Shown here piece by piece: positions 23,076-31,549 of a DNA stretch of 64,000 nt. Under the pieces are notes generated by a model. The model was given only the letters and a program-made list of their open reading frames with translations. It had not been told where the DNA came from and searched no databases. Source of the stretch: an uncultured Gemmatimonadales bacterium (lineage in GTDB: Bacteria > Gemmatimonadota > Gemmatimonadetes > Longimicrobiales > RSA9). The stretch's first letter is position 1. Every line of letters starts with the position of its first letter. The position numbers and the translations under genes were made by a program. The stretch covers positions 1 through 64,000 of the forward strand of contig CAWCUS010000005.1 in the NCBI GenBank assembly GCA_963798845.1, in the 5' to 3' direction.

Positions 23076-24208
23076 TCGGGACGGCTCCGACCATCTTCCT
23101 TTCCGCCGGCGAGCCTTCCGGGGACCTCCACGGCGCGGCTGTCGCGCGGGCCCTCCGCGCGCGCTGGCCGGCGGTCCGGCTGCTCGGACTGGCGGGCCCG
23201 AGAATGCAGGCGGCAGGTGTGGAGCCGATCGCGCCGTTCGACCGGCTGGCCGTCATGGGCTTTGCCGAGGTCGCGAAGCACCTGCCTTTCTTCGTTCGGC
23301 TGCTGGGACGTGCCGTGCGATCGATCCGGGATGCCGGGGCCGACCTGGTGATTCCCATCGACTACCCGGGATTCAACCTGCGCCTGGCCGCGCGCAGCCA
23401 CCGGCTTGGCGTGCCCGTGCTCTACTACATCGCGCCGCAGGTGTGGGCGTGGCACCGCAGCCGGGCCCGGCGCCTGGCCGACGTGGCGGACCGGCTCGCG
23501 GTCATCCTGCCGTTCGAGGAGGAAGTATTCGCTCCATTCGGCGGAAACGTGCGCTTCGTCGGGCACCCGCTGGTGGACCGGCCTCCGCCCCCGGCGGATC
23601 GGGACGCGTTCTGCGGACCGCTGGGGCTGGACCCCGGACGGCGCATCCTCGCCCTGTTCCCAGGCTCGCGGAGCCAGGAGGTGGAGCGGCATCTCGAGCC
23701 CTTCGCGGCAGCGGCGCGCCGGGTGGTGGCCGCGCGCTGGCACGTGCAGCCGGTCCTGGCCCGCTCCCCGGATGTTCCCGCCGCGGCGTACCGCGACGTG
23801 GACCTCCCCGTGACGCTGGACGGGGCCGCCCTGCTGGCCCACGCTCACGCAGCGCTGGTGAAATCCGGAACCACCACGCTCGAGGCCGCTCTCGCCGGCG
23901 TGCCGATGGTGATCGCTTACCGCACGCACCCGTTGACCTTCTGGCTGGCCCGCAAGCTGGTGGACGTCGAGCACATCGGGCTGGCGAACCTGGTGGCACG
24001 ACGTCGCATCGCCGTCGAGCTCCTCCAGGACGACGTCACGCCGGAGAAGCTCACCGCGGCGCTGCTGCCGCTCGTGGACGAGGGCCCCGCGCGCCAGGCG
24101 GCGCTGGACGGGGTCCGCAGCGTGCGGGAGGCCCTTCAGCCGAACGGTCCGGGGAGCGCCGCGAGCCGCGTCGCGGAGCTCGCGGCCGACGTCCTGGAGG
24201 GCGGATGA
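23072..24208 (+). CDS. lpxB: Lipid-A-disaccharide synthase
   Basis: AGEPSGDLHG, IDYPGFNL, YIAPQVWAW, FPGSR, SGTTTLE. Confidence 0.95.
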   Translation: MIGTAPTIFLSAGEPSGDLHGAAVARALRARWPAVRLLGLAGPRMQAAGVEPIAPFDRLAVMGFAEVAKHLPFFVRLLGRAVRSIRDAGADLVIPIDYPGFNLRLAARSHRLGVPVLYYIAPQVWAWHRSRARRLADVADRLAVILPFEEEVFAPFGGNVRFVGHPLVDRPPPPADRDAFCGPLGLDPGRRILALFPGSRSQEVERHLEPFAAAARRVVAARWHVQPVLARSPDVPAAAYRDVDLPVTLDGAALLAHAHAALVKSGTTTLEAALAGVPMVIAYRTHPLTFWLARKLVDVEHIGLANLVARRRIAVELLQDDVTPEKLTAALLPLVDEGPARQAALDGVRSVREALQPNGPGSAASRVAELAADVLEGG

Positions 24209-24858
24209 AGCGCCTGCGCTACGCAGTGATCGGGATGGTGGGGCGCTGGCTGGCGAACATCCTCCTGTTCACCGTGCGGTTCGAGACGGAGCATCGCGAG
24301 CGCTTCGACGGCGCCATGGCGGCCGGCGAGGGCGTGATCTTCGCCATCTGGCATGGTCGATTGCTGCCGTTGACGTACTACCACCGGAAGCGGAACATCG
24401 CGGCGCTCATCAGCCGGTCCGGCGACGGCGAGTACATTTCGCGCTTGGTCCGGGGGTGGGGCTACGAGCCGGTGCGCGGCTCCTCGAGCCGCGGAGGCGA
24501 CGAGGCGCTCCGTGTGCTCGTTCGACAGGCGCGGGAAGGCCGGGCGTTCGCCATCACGCCCGACGGCCCTCGGGGTCCCCGGCAGCAGCTGAAGCCGGGG
24601 GTGGTCCGCATCGCCCAGCTGTCCGGGGCGCCGATCCTCCCGATCGCCGCGGGTTGCCGGCGGGCGTGGTGGCCGGGACGGTGGGACAGATTCTGCGTAC
24701 CCAAGCCGTTCGCGCGCGTCCGGGTGGTCTACGGCGAGCCGCGCTACGTTCCCCGGGACGCGGACGAAGGGACGTTCCAGCGGTGCATCGAAGAGCTGGA
24801 GCAGGACATGAACGCGATGATCGAGGAGCTCGACAGGGATGGCGGCCCCCAGCGGTAA
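24205..24858 (+). CDS. DUF374 / lysophospholipid acyltransferase family protein (LpxJ-like)
   Basis: WHGRLL, ISRSGDGE, VRGSSSRGG and ITPDGPRGP motifs. Confidence 0.8.
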   Translation: MKRLRYAVIGMVGRWLANILLFTVRFETEHRERFDGAMAAGEGVIFAIWHGRLLPLTYYHRKRNIAALISRSGDGEYISRLVRGWGYEPVRGSSSRGGDEALRVLVRQAREGRAFAITPDGPRGPRQQLKPGVVRIAQLSGAPILPIAAGCRRAWWPGRWDRFCVPKPFARVRVVYGEPRYVPRDADEGTFQRCIEELEQDMNAMIEELDRDGGPQR

Positions 24859-25873
24859 GGGCGAGGACCGGCTCGGTCCGGCAGACGTGGTCCAGCGGCT
24901 CTGGGAAGGCCACGCCGGCTTCACAGGCCGGGTCCTCGGCGCGCTCCTGACGCCGGCGGAGCTGGGCTATCGCGCCGCAATGCGTGCGCGGAACGCCGCC
25001 TACGAGTCCGGCGTCGCCGGCGCGGATGCGCCGCCCGTCCCGGCCATCAGCGTGGGCAACATCACCGTGGGCGGGACCGGGAAGACGCCAATGGTGCGGT
25101 GGGTGGTGCGGCAGCTGGTCAAGCGCGGGATGTCGCCCGGAATCCTGCACGGCGGCTACGCGGAGGACGAGCCGCTACTGCACCGGCTCTGGTTCCCGGA
25201 GCTGGCGGTGGTGGCCGACAAGGACCGTCTGCGCGGTGCGGGGAAGGCCATGCACATGGGCGCCAATGTCCTCGTCCTGGACGATGCGTTCCAGCACCGT
25301 CGGATCGGGCGGGACCTCGACATCGTGCTGGTGGCCGCCGAGACCTGGACCCGTCATGCGCGGCTCCTGCCGCGGGGACCGTTCCGCGAGCCCCCGCGGG
25401 CGCTGCGGCGGGCCGACATCGTCGTGGTGACGCGGAGAACCGCTTCCGCGGCGGACGCGGCGCGGGTCGAAGTCGAGGTGTCGCGGGTGTCAGGTCGCCG
25501 TACGGCGAGGGTCCACCTGCGGGCCACCGGGTGGGTGGACGCGGCGGGCAGGCCGCGCGGAGGAGCGCCGGCGGGGGCGGCGGTCGCGGTGGCGGGAATC
25601 GGCCGCCCCGACGACTTTTTCGACCAGGCCGAGGAGCGGGGCACGGAGCTGGTGGACGCCATCGCGTTTCCGGACCACCACGCGTTCACCGAGGCGGAGG
25701 CGAGGGAGCTGGCGCGGCTCGCCGCGGGTGGACCGCTGGTCATGACGGCGAAGGACGCCGTGAAGCTGGCCCCGCTCCTGCCATCGACCGACCTCTGGAT
25801 ACTGGAGCAGCGCGTGGCGTTCGAAAGCGGACGGGACTGGGTGCTCAGAGCCATCGACGAGGTGGTGTCGTGA
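24839..25873 (+). CDS. lpxK: Tetraacyldisaccharide 4'-kinase
   Basis: SVGNITVGGTGKTP, LDDAFQH, LLPRGPFRE, FPDHH, TAKDAVK. Confidence 0.93.
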   Translation: MAAPSGKGEDRLGPADVVQRLWEGHAGFTGRVLGALLTPAELGYRAAMRARNAAYESGVAGADAPPVPAISVGNITVGGTGKTPMVRWVVRQLVKRGMSPGILHGGYAEDEPLLHRLWFPELAVVADKDRLRGAGKAMHMGANVLVLDDAFQHRRIGRDLDIVLVAAETWTRHARLLPRGPFREPPRALRRADIVVVTRRTASAADAARVEVEVSRVSGRRTARVHLRATGWVDAAGRPRGGAPAGAAVAVAGIGRPDDFFDQAEERGTELVDAIAFPDHHAFTEAEARELARLAAGGPLVMTAKDAVKLAPLLPSTDLWILEQRVAFESGRDWVLRAIDEVVS

Positions 25874-27441
25874 ACCGGCGCTCGACGGATGTCCTCGTGA
25901 TCGGATCCGGGATCGCCGGGCTGACGTTCGCCCTCAAGCTGGCCGAGCACGCCGAGGTGCTGGTCGTCACCAAGAAGCGGCGAGCGGACTCCAACACCAA
26001 TTACGCGCAAGGTGGGATCGCGGCCGTCATGAGTCCCGCGGACAGCTACGACCTCCACGTGCGCGACACGCTGGAAGCGGGCGCCGGGCTCTGCCACGAG
26101 GACGCGGTTCGCGAGCTGGTCCGGGAGGGACCGGACAGGGTGCGGGAGCTGATGGAGTGGGGCGCGCGCTTCACCCGCGAGGGCGGCGCACTCTCGCTCG
26201 GTCGCGAGGGCGGGCACTCCCGTCGGCGGATCGTGCACGCGGCGGACCTGACGGGGCGTGAGATCGAGCGGGCGCTGCTGGACGCAGTGGCCCGCCACCC
26301 GTCCATCGACACGCTCGAGGACCATCTCGCGATCGACCTGCTCGTGAGCCACGGGAAGGGCCACCCGCGGTGCGCGGGCGCCGTGGTCTTCGATCACCGG
26401 CGCGGCGCGGTCATCGCCGTTCGGGCGAAACGGACGCTGCTGGCGAGCGGCGGGTTCGGCCGCGTGTACCTTCACACCACCAATCCCGACATCGCCACGG
26501 GCGACGGTGTGGCCATGGCGTACCGCGCCGGCGCCCCCGTGGCCAACCTGGAGTTCGTGCAGTTCCACCCGACCGCGCTCTACCCGGCCCGCGACCAGGC
26601 GGTCCTCATCTCCGAGGCCGTGCGGGGAGAGGGCGCAGTCCTGCGCACGCTCGACGGACGGGCCGTCATGGAGGGGCACCCGCTGGGGTCGCTGGCCACC
26701 CGCGACATCGTCGCTCGTGCCATAGACCGTGTGCTGAAGGAGACCGGCGCGCCGCACGTGTTCCTCGACCTGTCGCCGATCCCCGGGGATGAGGTCAGGC
26801 GCCGCTTCCCGAACATAATGGAAACGTGCGCGCAGCACGGCGTGGACGTTCTCTCGGAGCCGATTCCGGTCGTACCCGCGGCTCACTACGCGTGCGGCGG
26901 CGTGAGCACCGACCTGGACGGGCGCACGGGGCTGGACGGACTGCTCGCGGCCGGGGAGGTGGCGTGCACGGGCGTTCACGGCGCCAACAGGCTGGCGTCG
27001 AACTCGCTGCTCGAAGCCGTGGTGTTCAGCCACCGCGCGGCGCTGGTCGTGCGAGACGGTCTGTCCGCCCCGGCGCCCGACGCGCCGGTCCCCGAGCTGC
27101 CCGAGCCGGGCCAGGCGGAGCCCGACTGGCGCAGCCTGCAGGAGCGCCTGCGCTCGCTCATGTGGTCGGACTGCGGGATCGTGCGCAGCGATGAGCGCCT
27201 CGCCGGGGCGGAGGAGGCGCTCTCCGCTCTCAGCGCGGACGCGCGAGCGCTCTGGACCGAGGGGCCGCTCGACACGGATGTCGCCGAGACGCGCAACCTG
27301 CTGGACGTCGCCACGCTGGTGACGCGGAGCGCGCGCGGGCGCAAGGAGAGCCGGGGGCTGCATCACAACGTGGACCATCCCGAGCCGCTCGAGCGCTTCA
27401 GGACGGACACGGTGCTGTGCCGGGAGCCCGGGGAGGACTGA
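25870..27441 (+). CDS. nadB: L-aspartate oxidase
   Basis: IGSGIAGL, YAQGGIAA, EGGHSRRRIVH, EFVQFHPT, HGANRLASNSLLE, ESRGLH. Confidence 0.95.
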   Translation: MNRRSTDVLVIGSGIAGLTFALKLAEHAEVLVVTKKRRADSNTNYAQGGIAAVMSPADSYDLHVRDTLEAGAGLCHEDAVRELVREGPDRVRELMEWGARFTREGGALSLGREGGHSRRRIVHAADLTGREIERALLDAVARHPSIDTLEDHLAIDLLVSHGKGHPRCAGAVVFDHRRGAVIAVRAKRTLLASGGFGRVYLHTTNPDIATGDGVAMAYRAGAPVANLEFVQFHPTALYPARDQAVLISEAVRGEGAVLRTLDGRAVMEGHPLGSLATRDIVARAIDRVLKETGAPHVFLDLSPIPGDEVRRRFPNIMETCAQHGVDVLSEPIPVVPAAHYACGGVSTDLDGRTGLDGLLAAGEVACTGVHGANRLASNSLLEAVVFSHRAALVVRDGLSAPAPDAPVPELPEPGQAEPDWRSLQERLRSLMWSDCGIVRSDERLAGAEEALSALSADARALWTEGPLDTDVAETRNLLDVATLVTRSARGRKESRGLHHNVDHPEPLERFRTDTVLCREPGED

Positions 27442-27489
27442 TGGAGGCCGTACCGACGCAGCACCGCACGCGCGGCATCCACGCCTGAC

Positions 27490-27966
27490 ATGGACCTCGT
27501 CCTGGTCACCGTCGGCCGCCCGTCGTCGCTACTCGCAGACCCCATCGCCGAGTACGAAGCGCGCGCGCGCCGGTACTGGAAGCTCGACACCGTCGAAGTG
27601 AAGGCCGCCCGCGCATCCAGGAACCGGCCCGTGGCCCAGGTCCGCCGGGAGGAGAGCGAGCGGATCCGCGGCGCAGTGGGTGCCGGGCACGACGCGGTGG
27701 TCCTCACGCGCAGCGGACGGCGCTGGAGCTCCGAGCAGGTCGCACGCTACCTCCAGGACCTGGCCCTCTCCGGACACGCCGGCGCCACGTTCATCATCGG
27801 CGGGGCCTACGGCGTCGACGACGAGCTGGCTCGCGACGCGCGACACCGCCTCTCCCTCTCCGCCATGACCATGCCGCACGACCTGGCGCGCCTCGTGCTC
27901 GCCGAACAGCTCTACCGGGCCGGCACCATCGCCCGTGGCGAGCCCTATCACAAGGGACAGCCGTGA
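27490..27966 (+). CDS. rlmH: 23S rRNA pseudouridine-1915 N3-methyltransferase
   Basis: FIIGGAYG and SLSAMTMPHDLARLVLAEQLYRA...PYHK SPOUT motifs. Confidence 0.93.
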   Translation: MDLVLVTVGRPSSLLADPIAEYEARARRYWKLDTVEVKAARASRNRPVAQVRREESERIRGAVGAGHDAVVLTRSGRRWSSEQVARYLQDLALSGHAGATFIIGGAYGVDDELARDARHRLSLSAMTMPHDLARLVLAEQLYRAGTIARGEPYHKGQP

Positions 27967-29606
27967 ACCTCGACATCCGAACCGCGATCGTGGGAGGCAA
28001 CCGGCTCGTGGACGACTACGTCCGCGCCGAGCCGGCCCTTGCCCCCTTCTTTCCGGGCCACCCGTTCGATCCCGGAGCATACCGCCGCAAGGCCGGGGAA
28101 GTGCGCGCACGACTGCGCGGCGGCGCCCTGCACCGGGCCGTCGACGCGGTCCGACCCTCGGGCGACGCGGCGGCCGAGAAGCTGCGCGCGATCGCAGGAG
28201 GGAACGGCTTCTTCGTCACCACCGGTCAGCAGCCGGGGCTTTTCACCGGCCCGCTCTACACCATCCACAAGGCCCTGTCCGCATTGGCGCTGGCGCATCG
28301 CCTGGAATCCATCCTCGACGAGCCCGTGCTCCCGCTCTTCTGGATCGCTTCCGACGACCACGATTGGGAAGAAGCCAGCCATACCTCTCTGCTGGACACC
28401 GGGAACACGCTCCACCGGCTCGAGCTCACCCGTCCGCCTGGCGACGCGCAGCACTCGATGGGTCGCACGCCGCTGCGGGTCTCCGGCCATGGAAGCATCG
28501 CAGAAAGAGCATTAGACGAACTTGGTGAAATTCTACCACCATCAGAGTTTACGCCGCCGATAATGGAGCGGCTTCGGGACGCGTACGGGCAGGGCTCTGT
28601 GGCCGATGCATTCGCGCGCGCGCTGGAGGGCGTGCTCGAAAGCTTCACACTCGGGTTCGTGGATTCGCGGGATCCGCTGCTGCGCGAGCTGGCGCGGCCG
28701 GTGGTGCGGCGCGAGCTGGAGGGTGCGACCGAGCACGAAGGGGCGCTGCGGCGGCAGACGGAGCGGCTGGAGGCGGCCGGGTACGGGATCCAGGTGCCGA
28801 TCCTGGCCGGCGCGGCGAACGTGTTCGTGGAGGACGACGATCACGGGCGCGAGCGGCTGGTGCGGGAGGACGGAGCGTGGGTGCTGCGTCGCTCGCGGCG
28901 GCGGCTGGAAGACGCGGCGCTCACGGCGCTCCTCGAGCGGGAGCCGGAGCGCTTCTCGCCGAACGTCGTGCTGAGGCCGGTCGTGGAGAGCGCGGTATTC
29001 CCGACGCTGGCGTACGTGGGCGGGCCGGGGGAGGTGCGGTACCTGGCGCAGACGGGGTGTCTTTTCGCGGCGCACGGCGTGGGCATGCCGGTGGTTTTCC
29101 CGCGATTCGGGGTGACGCTGGTGGAGGGTAAGGTGGGGAAGGTGCTGGAGCGGTTCGAGCTGGAGCCGTCGTCGTTCGGGCGTCCGGTGCACGAGCTGGT
29201 GGCCGATGTGGTGCGCGAGGAGGTGCCGCCGTCGGTGCAGGAAGCGCTGTCGCGCCTGCGACGAAGCATCCAGGAGGGCTATGGTGCGGTGACCGGGGCG
29301 GCGAGCGAGATCGACCCGACGCTGGAGAGCCCGATCAAGCACGCCCGGGGCGAAGCGTTCAAGGGTGTGGCGGAAGTGGAGCGGAAGATCCGGCAGCACC
29401 TGAAGATGCGGCAGGAGAGCGAGCTGGAGCAGCTGGAGAAGGCGGCGGCGAATCTGGCGCCTACGGGCAAGCCGCAGGAGCGGGTGCTGAACATCCACCA
29501 GTACCTCTCGCGGTACGGTCCCGAACTGCTGCCGGCGATCCTGGACAGCATGCAGCTGCCGCACGACGCGCCGGCGCCGGAATGGACGGGAGTCTCGTGT
29601 GACTGA
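27963..29606 (+). CDS. bshC: Bacillithiol biosynthesis cysteine-adding enzyme BshC
   Basis: TTGQQPGLFTGPLYTIHKA, FWIASDDHDWEE, FSPNVVLRP, YVGGPGEVRY, PQERVLN. Confidence 0.9.
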   Translation: MNLDIRTAIVGGNRLVDDYVRAEPALAPFFPGHPFDPGAYRRKAGEVRARLRGGALHRAVDAVRPSGDAAAEKLRAIAGGNGFFVTTGQQPGLFTGPLYTIHKALSALALAHRLESILDEPVLPLFWIASDDHDWEEASHTSLLDTGNTLHRLELTRPPGDAQHSMGRTPLRVSGHGSIAERALDELGEILPPSEFTPPIMERLRDAYGQGSVADAFARALEGVLESFTLGFVDSRDPLLRELARPVVRRELEGATEHEGALRRQTERLEAAGYGIQVPILAGAANVFVEDDDHGRERLVREDGAWVLRRSRRRLEDAALTALLEREPERFSPNVVLRPVVESAVFPTLAYVGGPGEVRYLAQTGCLFAAHGVGMPVVFPRFGVTLVEGKVGKVLERFELEPSSFGRPVHELVADVVREEVPPSVQEALSRLRRSIQEGYGAVTGAASEIDPTLESPIKHARGEAFKGVAEVERKIRQHLKMRQESELEQLEKAAANLAPTGKPQERVLNIHQYLSRYGPELLPAILDSMQLPHDAPAPEWTGVSCD

Positions 29607-29645
29607 GGAATGGCGGCCGGGAGCGACGGAATCTATCATGGCGCC

Positions 29646-29909
29646 ATGATCTGGGTCCTGCTGGTTCTCGTGCTCATGATCCCGCTCCTGGCGGTGGTGC
29701 TCGATTCGCAGCTCGGGCAGGCGCTGGCACGCCGCGTCGAGCGACGCTCGCTGGAGGATCCGCGGGTGGAGGCGCTGGAAGCGGAGGTGGATCGGCTGGT
29801 CGCGGAGGTGGAGCGCCTGGCGGAGCGCGCCGAGTTCGTGGATCGGCTCCTTACGGAGGAGGCCGAGCGACAGGAGCCGCGGCTGCCTCCGGGTGAGCCG
29901 CTTGGCTGA
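29646..29909 (+). CDS. Small membrane-anchored coiled-coil protein
   Basis: N-terminal hydrophobic helix, then heptad-like VEALEAEVDRLVAEVERLAERAEFVDRLL. Confidence 0.7.
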   Translation: MIWVLLVLVLMIPLLAVVLDSQLGQALARRVERRSLEDPRVEALEAEVDRLVAEVERLAERAEFVDRLLTEEAERQEPRLPPGEPLG

Positions 29910-31482
29910 AGAGGGCGGGGAGCGGAAGCCCAACCGCTCGGCGCACTGGGTGGCGGCGGGCATTCTGCTCAGCCGGATCACGGGCCTGGTGCGGCAGCGG
30001 ATCTTCGCGCGCTACTTCGGCACCAGCATCGCGGCGGACGCCTTCACGGCGGCCACGCGCATGCCGAACATCCTCCAGAACCTGCTGGGCGAGGGGACGC
30101 TGAGCGCGTCGTTCATCCCCGTCTACAGCGAACTCCTCGAGGCCGGTCGGGAAGAGGAGGCGGGGCGGGTGGCCGGCGCCGTTTTCGCGCTGCTGATGGC
30201 GCTGGCCGGCGTCGCCGCTCTGCTGGGCGTCCTCGCCGCGCCGCTGCTCGTGGACATCCTCACCACCGGCTTCACCGGGCTGCAGCGGGACCTGACCGTG
30301 ACCTGTGTCCGGATCATCTTCCCGATGACGGGGATCCTGGTCCTGTCCGCCTGGGCGCTGGGCATCCTGAACAGCCACCGTCGCTTCTTCATCCCCTACG
30401 TCGCGCCGGTGCTGTGGAATGCGGCGATGATCGCGACCATGGTGCTGCTGGGCGGCCGCATGGACGCGGACCGCCTCGTGATCGCGCTGTCGTGGGGCGC
30501 GCTGCTGGGGGGGCTGCTGCAGTTCGGCATCCAGCTGCCGTTCGTGCTGAAGCTCGAGCGGCAGCTGCAGATCCGTTGGGACACGCGGCTGCCGCGCGTG
30601 CGCACGGCCGTGGCGAACGCGGGCCCGGTCATCCTGGGCCGGGGCGTCGTCCAGCTGAGCGGCTATCTGGACATGTGGCTGGCCGCCTTCCTGGCGACGG
30701 GGTCCGTGGCCATCCTCCAGTACGGCCTCACACTGTACTACCTCCCGATCAGCCTCTTCGGGATGGCAGTCGCCGCGGCGGAGCTGCCGGAGCTCGCGCG
30801 CGAACGCGTGGGCGAGCGCGAAGTCATGCGACAGCGGGTGAACGCCGGGCTGCGCCAGATCGCGTTCTTCGTCGTCCCTGCCTTCGTCGGCTACCTGACG
30901 CTGGGCGACGTGGTCGTGGCGACGCTGTACCAGAACGGCGATTTCACTCCGGAAAACACACTTCAGGTGTACTTCACGCTCGGTGGCCTGACCCTTGGGC
31001 TGCTCGCGTCCACGGCCACCCGCCTCTTCTCCTCCACCTTCTACGGCCTCCAGGACACCCGAACGCCGGCCAAGATCGCCGCGCTCCGGGTGGTGGTGTC
31101 CGGCGTGCTCGGGGCGTCGCTCATGGTGCCGTTCTCCCGCGTCGAGGTGGCGCCCGGGGCCACGCTCGGCGTGGTCGGGCTGGCGCTGGGCGCGGCCGCG
31201 GGGGCGTGGGTCGAATGGTGGCTGCTCTGGCGCCGGCTCGTCCGGGAGCTGGACGGGCGCGTGGGGGCGGGGCGGGACCGGTTGCTCAGGATGTTCGGCG
31301 CGGCGCTGGCGGCCGCCGCGGTCGCGCGCGGCATTGGCTTCGTGCTCCCGCCGGTGAACGTGGTGCTACGCGGTGTCGCGGTCCTCGTGCCGTTCGTCGT
31401 GACCTACTTCGTGGTGGCGTCGGCCCTCGGCCTCCCCCAGGCGAAGCTGTGGATCCGGCGCGTGCTACGGCGGAACGGGTGA
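29893..31482 (+). CDS. murJ: Lipid II flippase MurJ
   Basis: LSRITGLVRQ, DAFTAATRMPN...GEGTLSASFIP; many TM helices; FYGLQDTRTP. Confidence 0.92.
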   Translation: MSRLAEEGGERKPNRSAHWVAAGILLSRITGLVRQRIFARYFGTSIAADAFTAATRMPNILQNLLGEGTLSASFIPVYSELLEAGREEEAGRVAGAVFALLMALAGVAALLGVLAAPLLVDILTTGFTGLQRDLTVTCVRIIFPMTGILVLSAWALGILNSHRRFFIPYVAPVLWNAAMIATMVLLGGRMDADRLVIALSWGALLGGLLQFGIQLPFVLKLERQLQIRWDTRLPRVRTAVANAGPVILGRGVVQLSGYLDMWLAAFLATGSVAILQYGLTLYYLPISLFGMAVAAAELPELARERVGEREVMRQRVNAGLRQIAFFVVPAFVGYLTLGDVVVATLYQNGDFTPENTLQVYFTLGGLTLGLLASTATRLFSSTFYGLQDTRTPAKIAALRVVVSGVLGASLMVPFSRVEVAPGATLGVVGLALGAAAGAWVEWWLLWRRLVRELDGRVGAGRDRLLRMFGAALAAAAVARGIGFVLPPVNVVLRGVAVLVPFVVTYFVVASALGLPQAKLWIRRVLRRNG

Positions 31483-31549
31483 GGGCGCGGGGGTAGTACG
31501 GAGGCGTGCGGGGCGAGTACGACGTGCAGGGCCGGACGGGGAGCTGGGC

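Noticed and set aside
28553..28581. dif-like left arm CGCCGATAA at the skew switch
   Set aside because: No XerD arm (TTATGTxAA) after the 6-nt spacer
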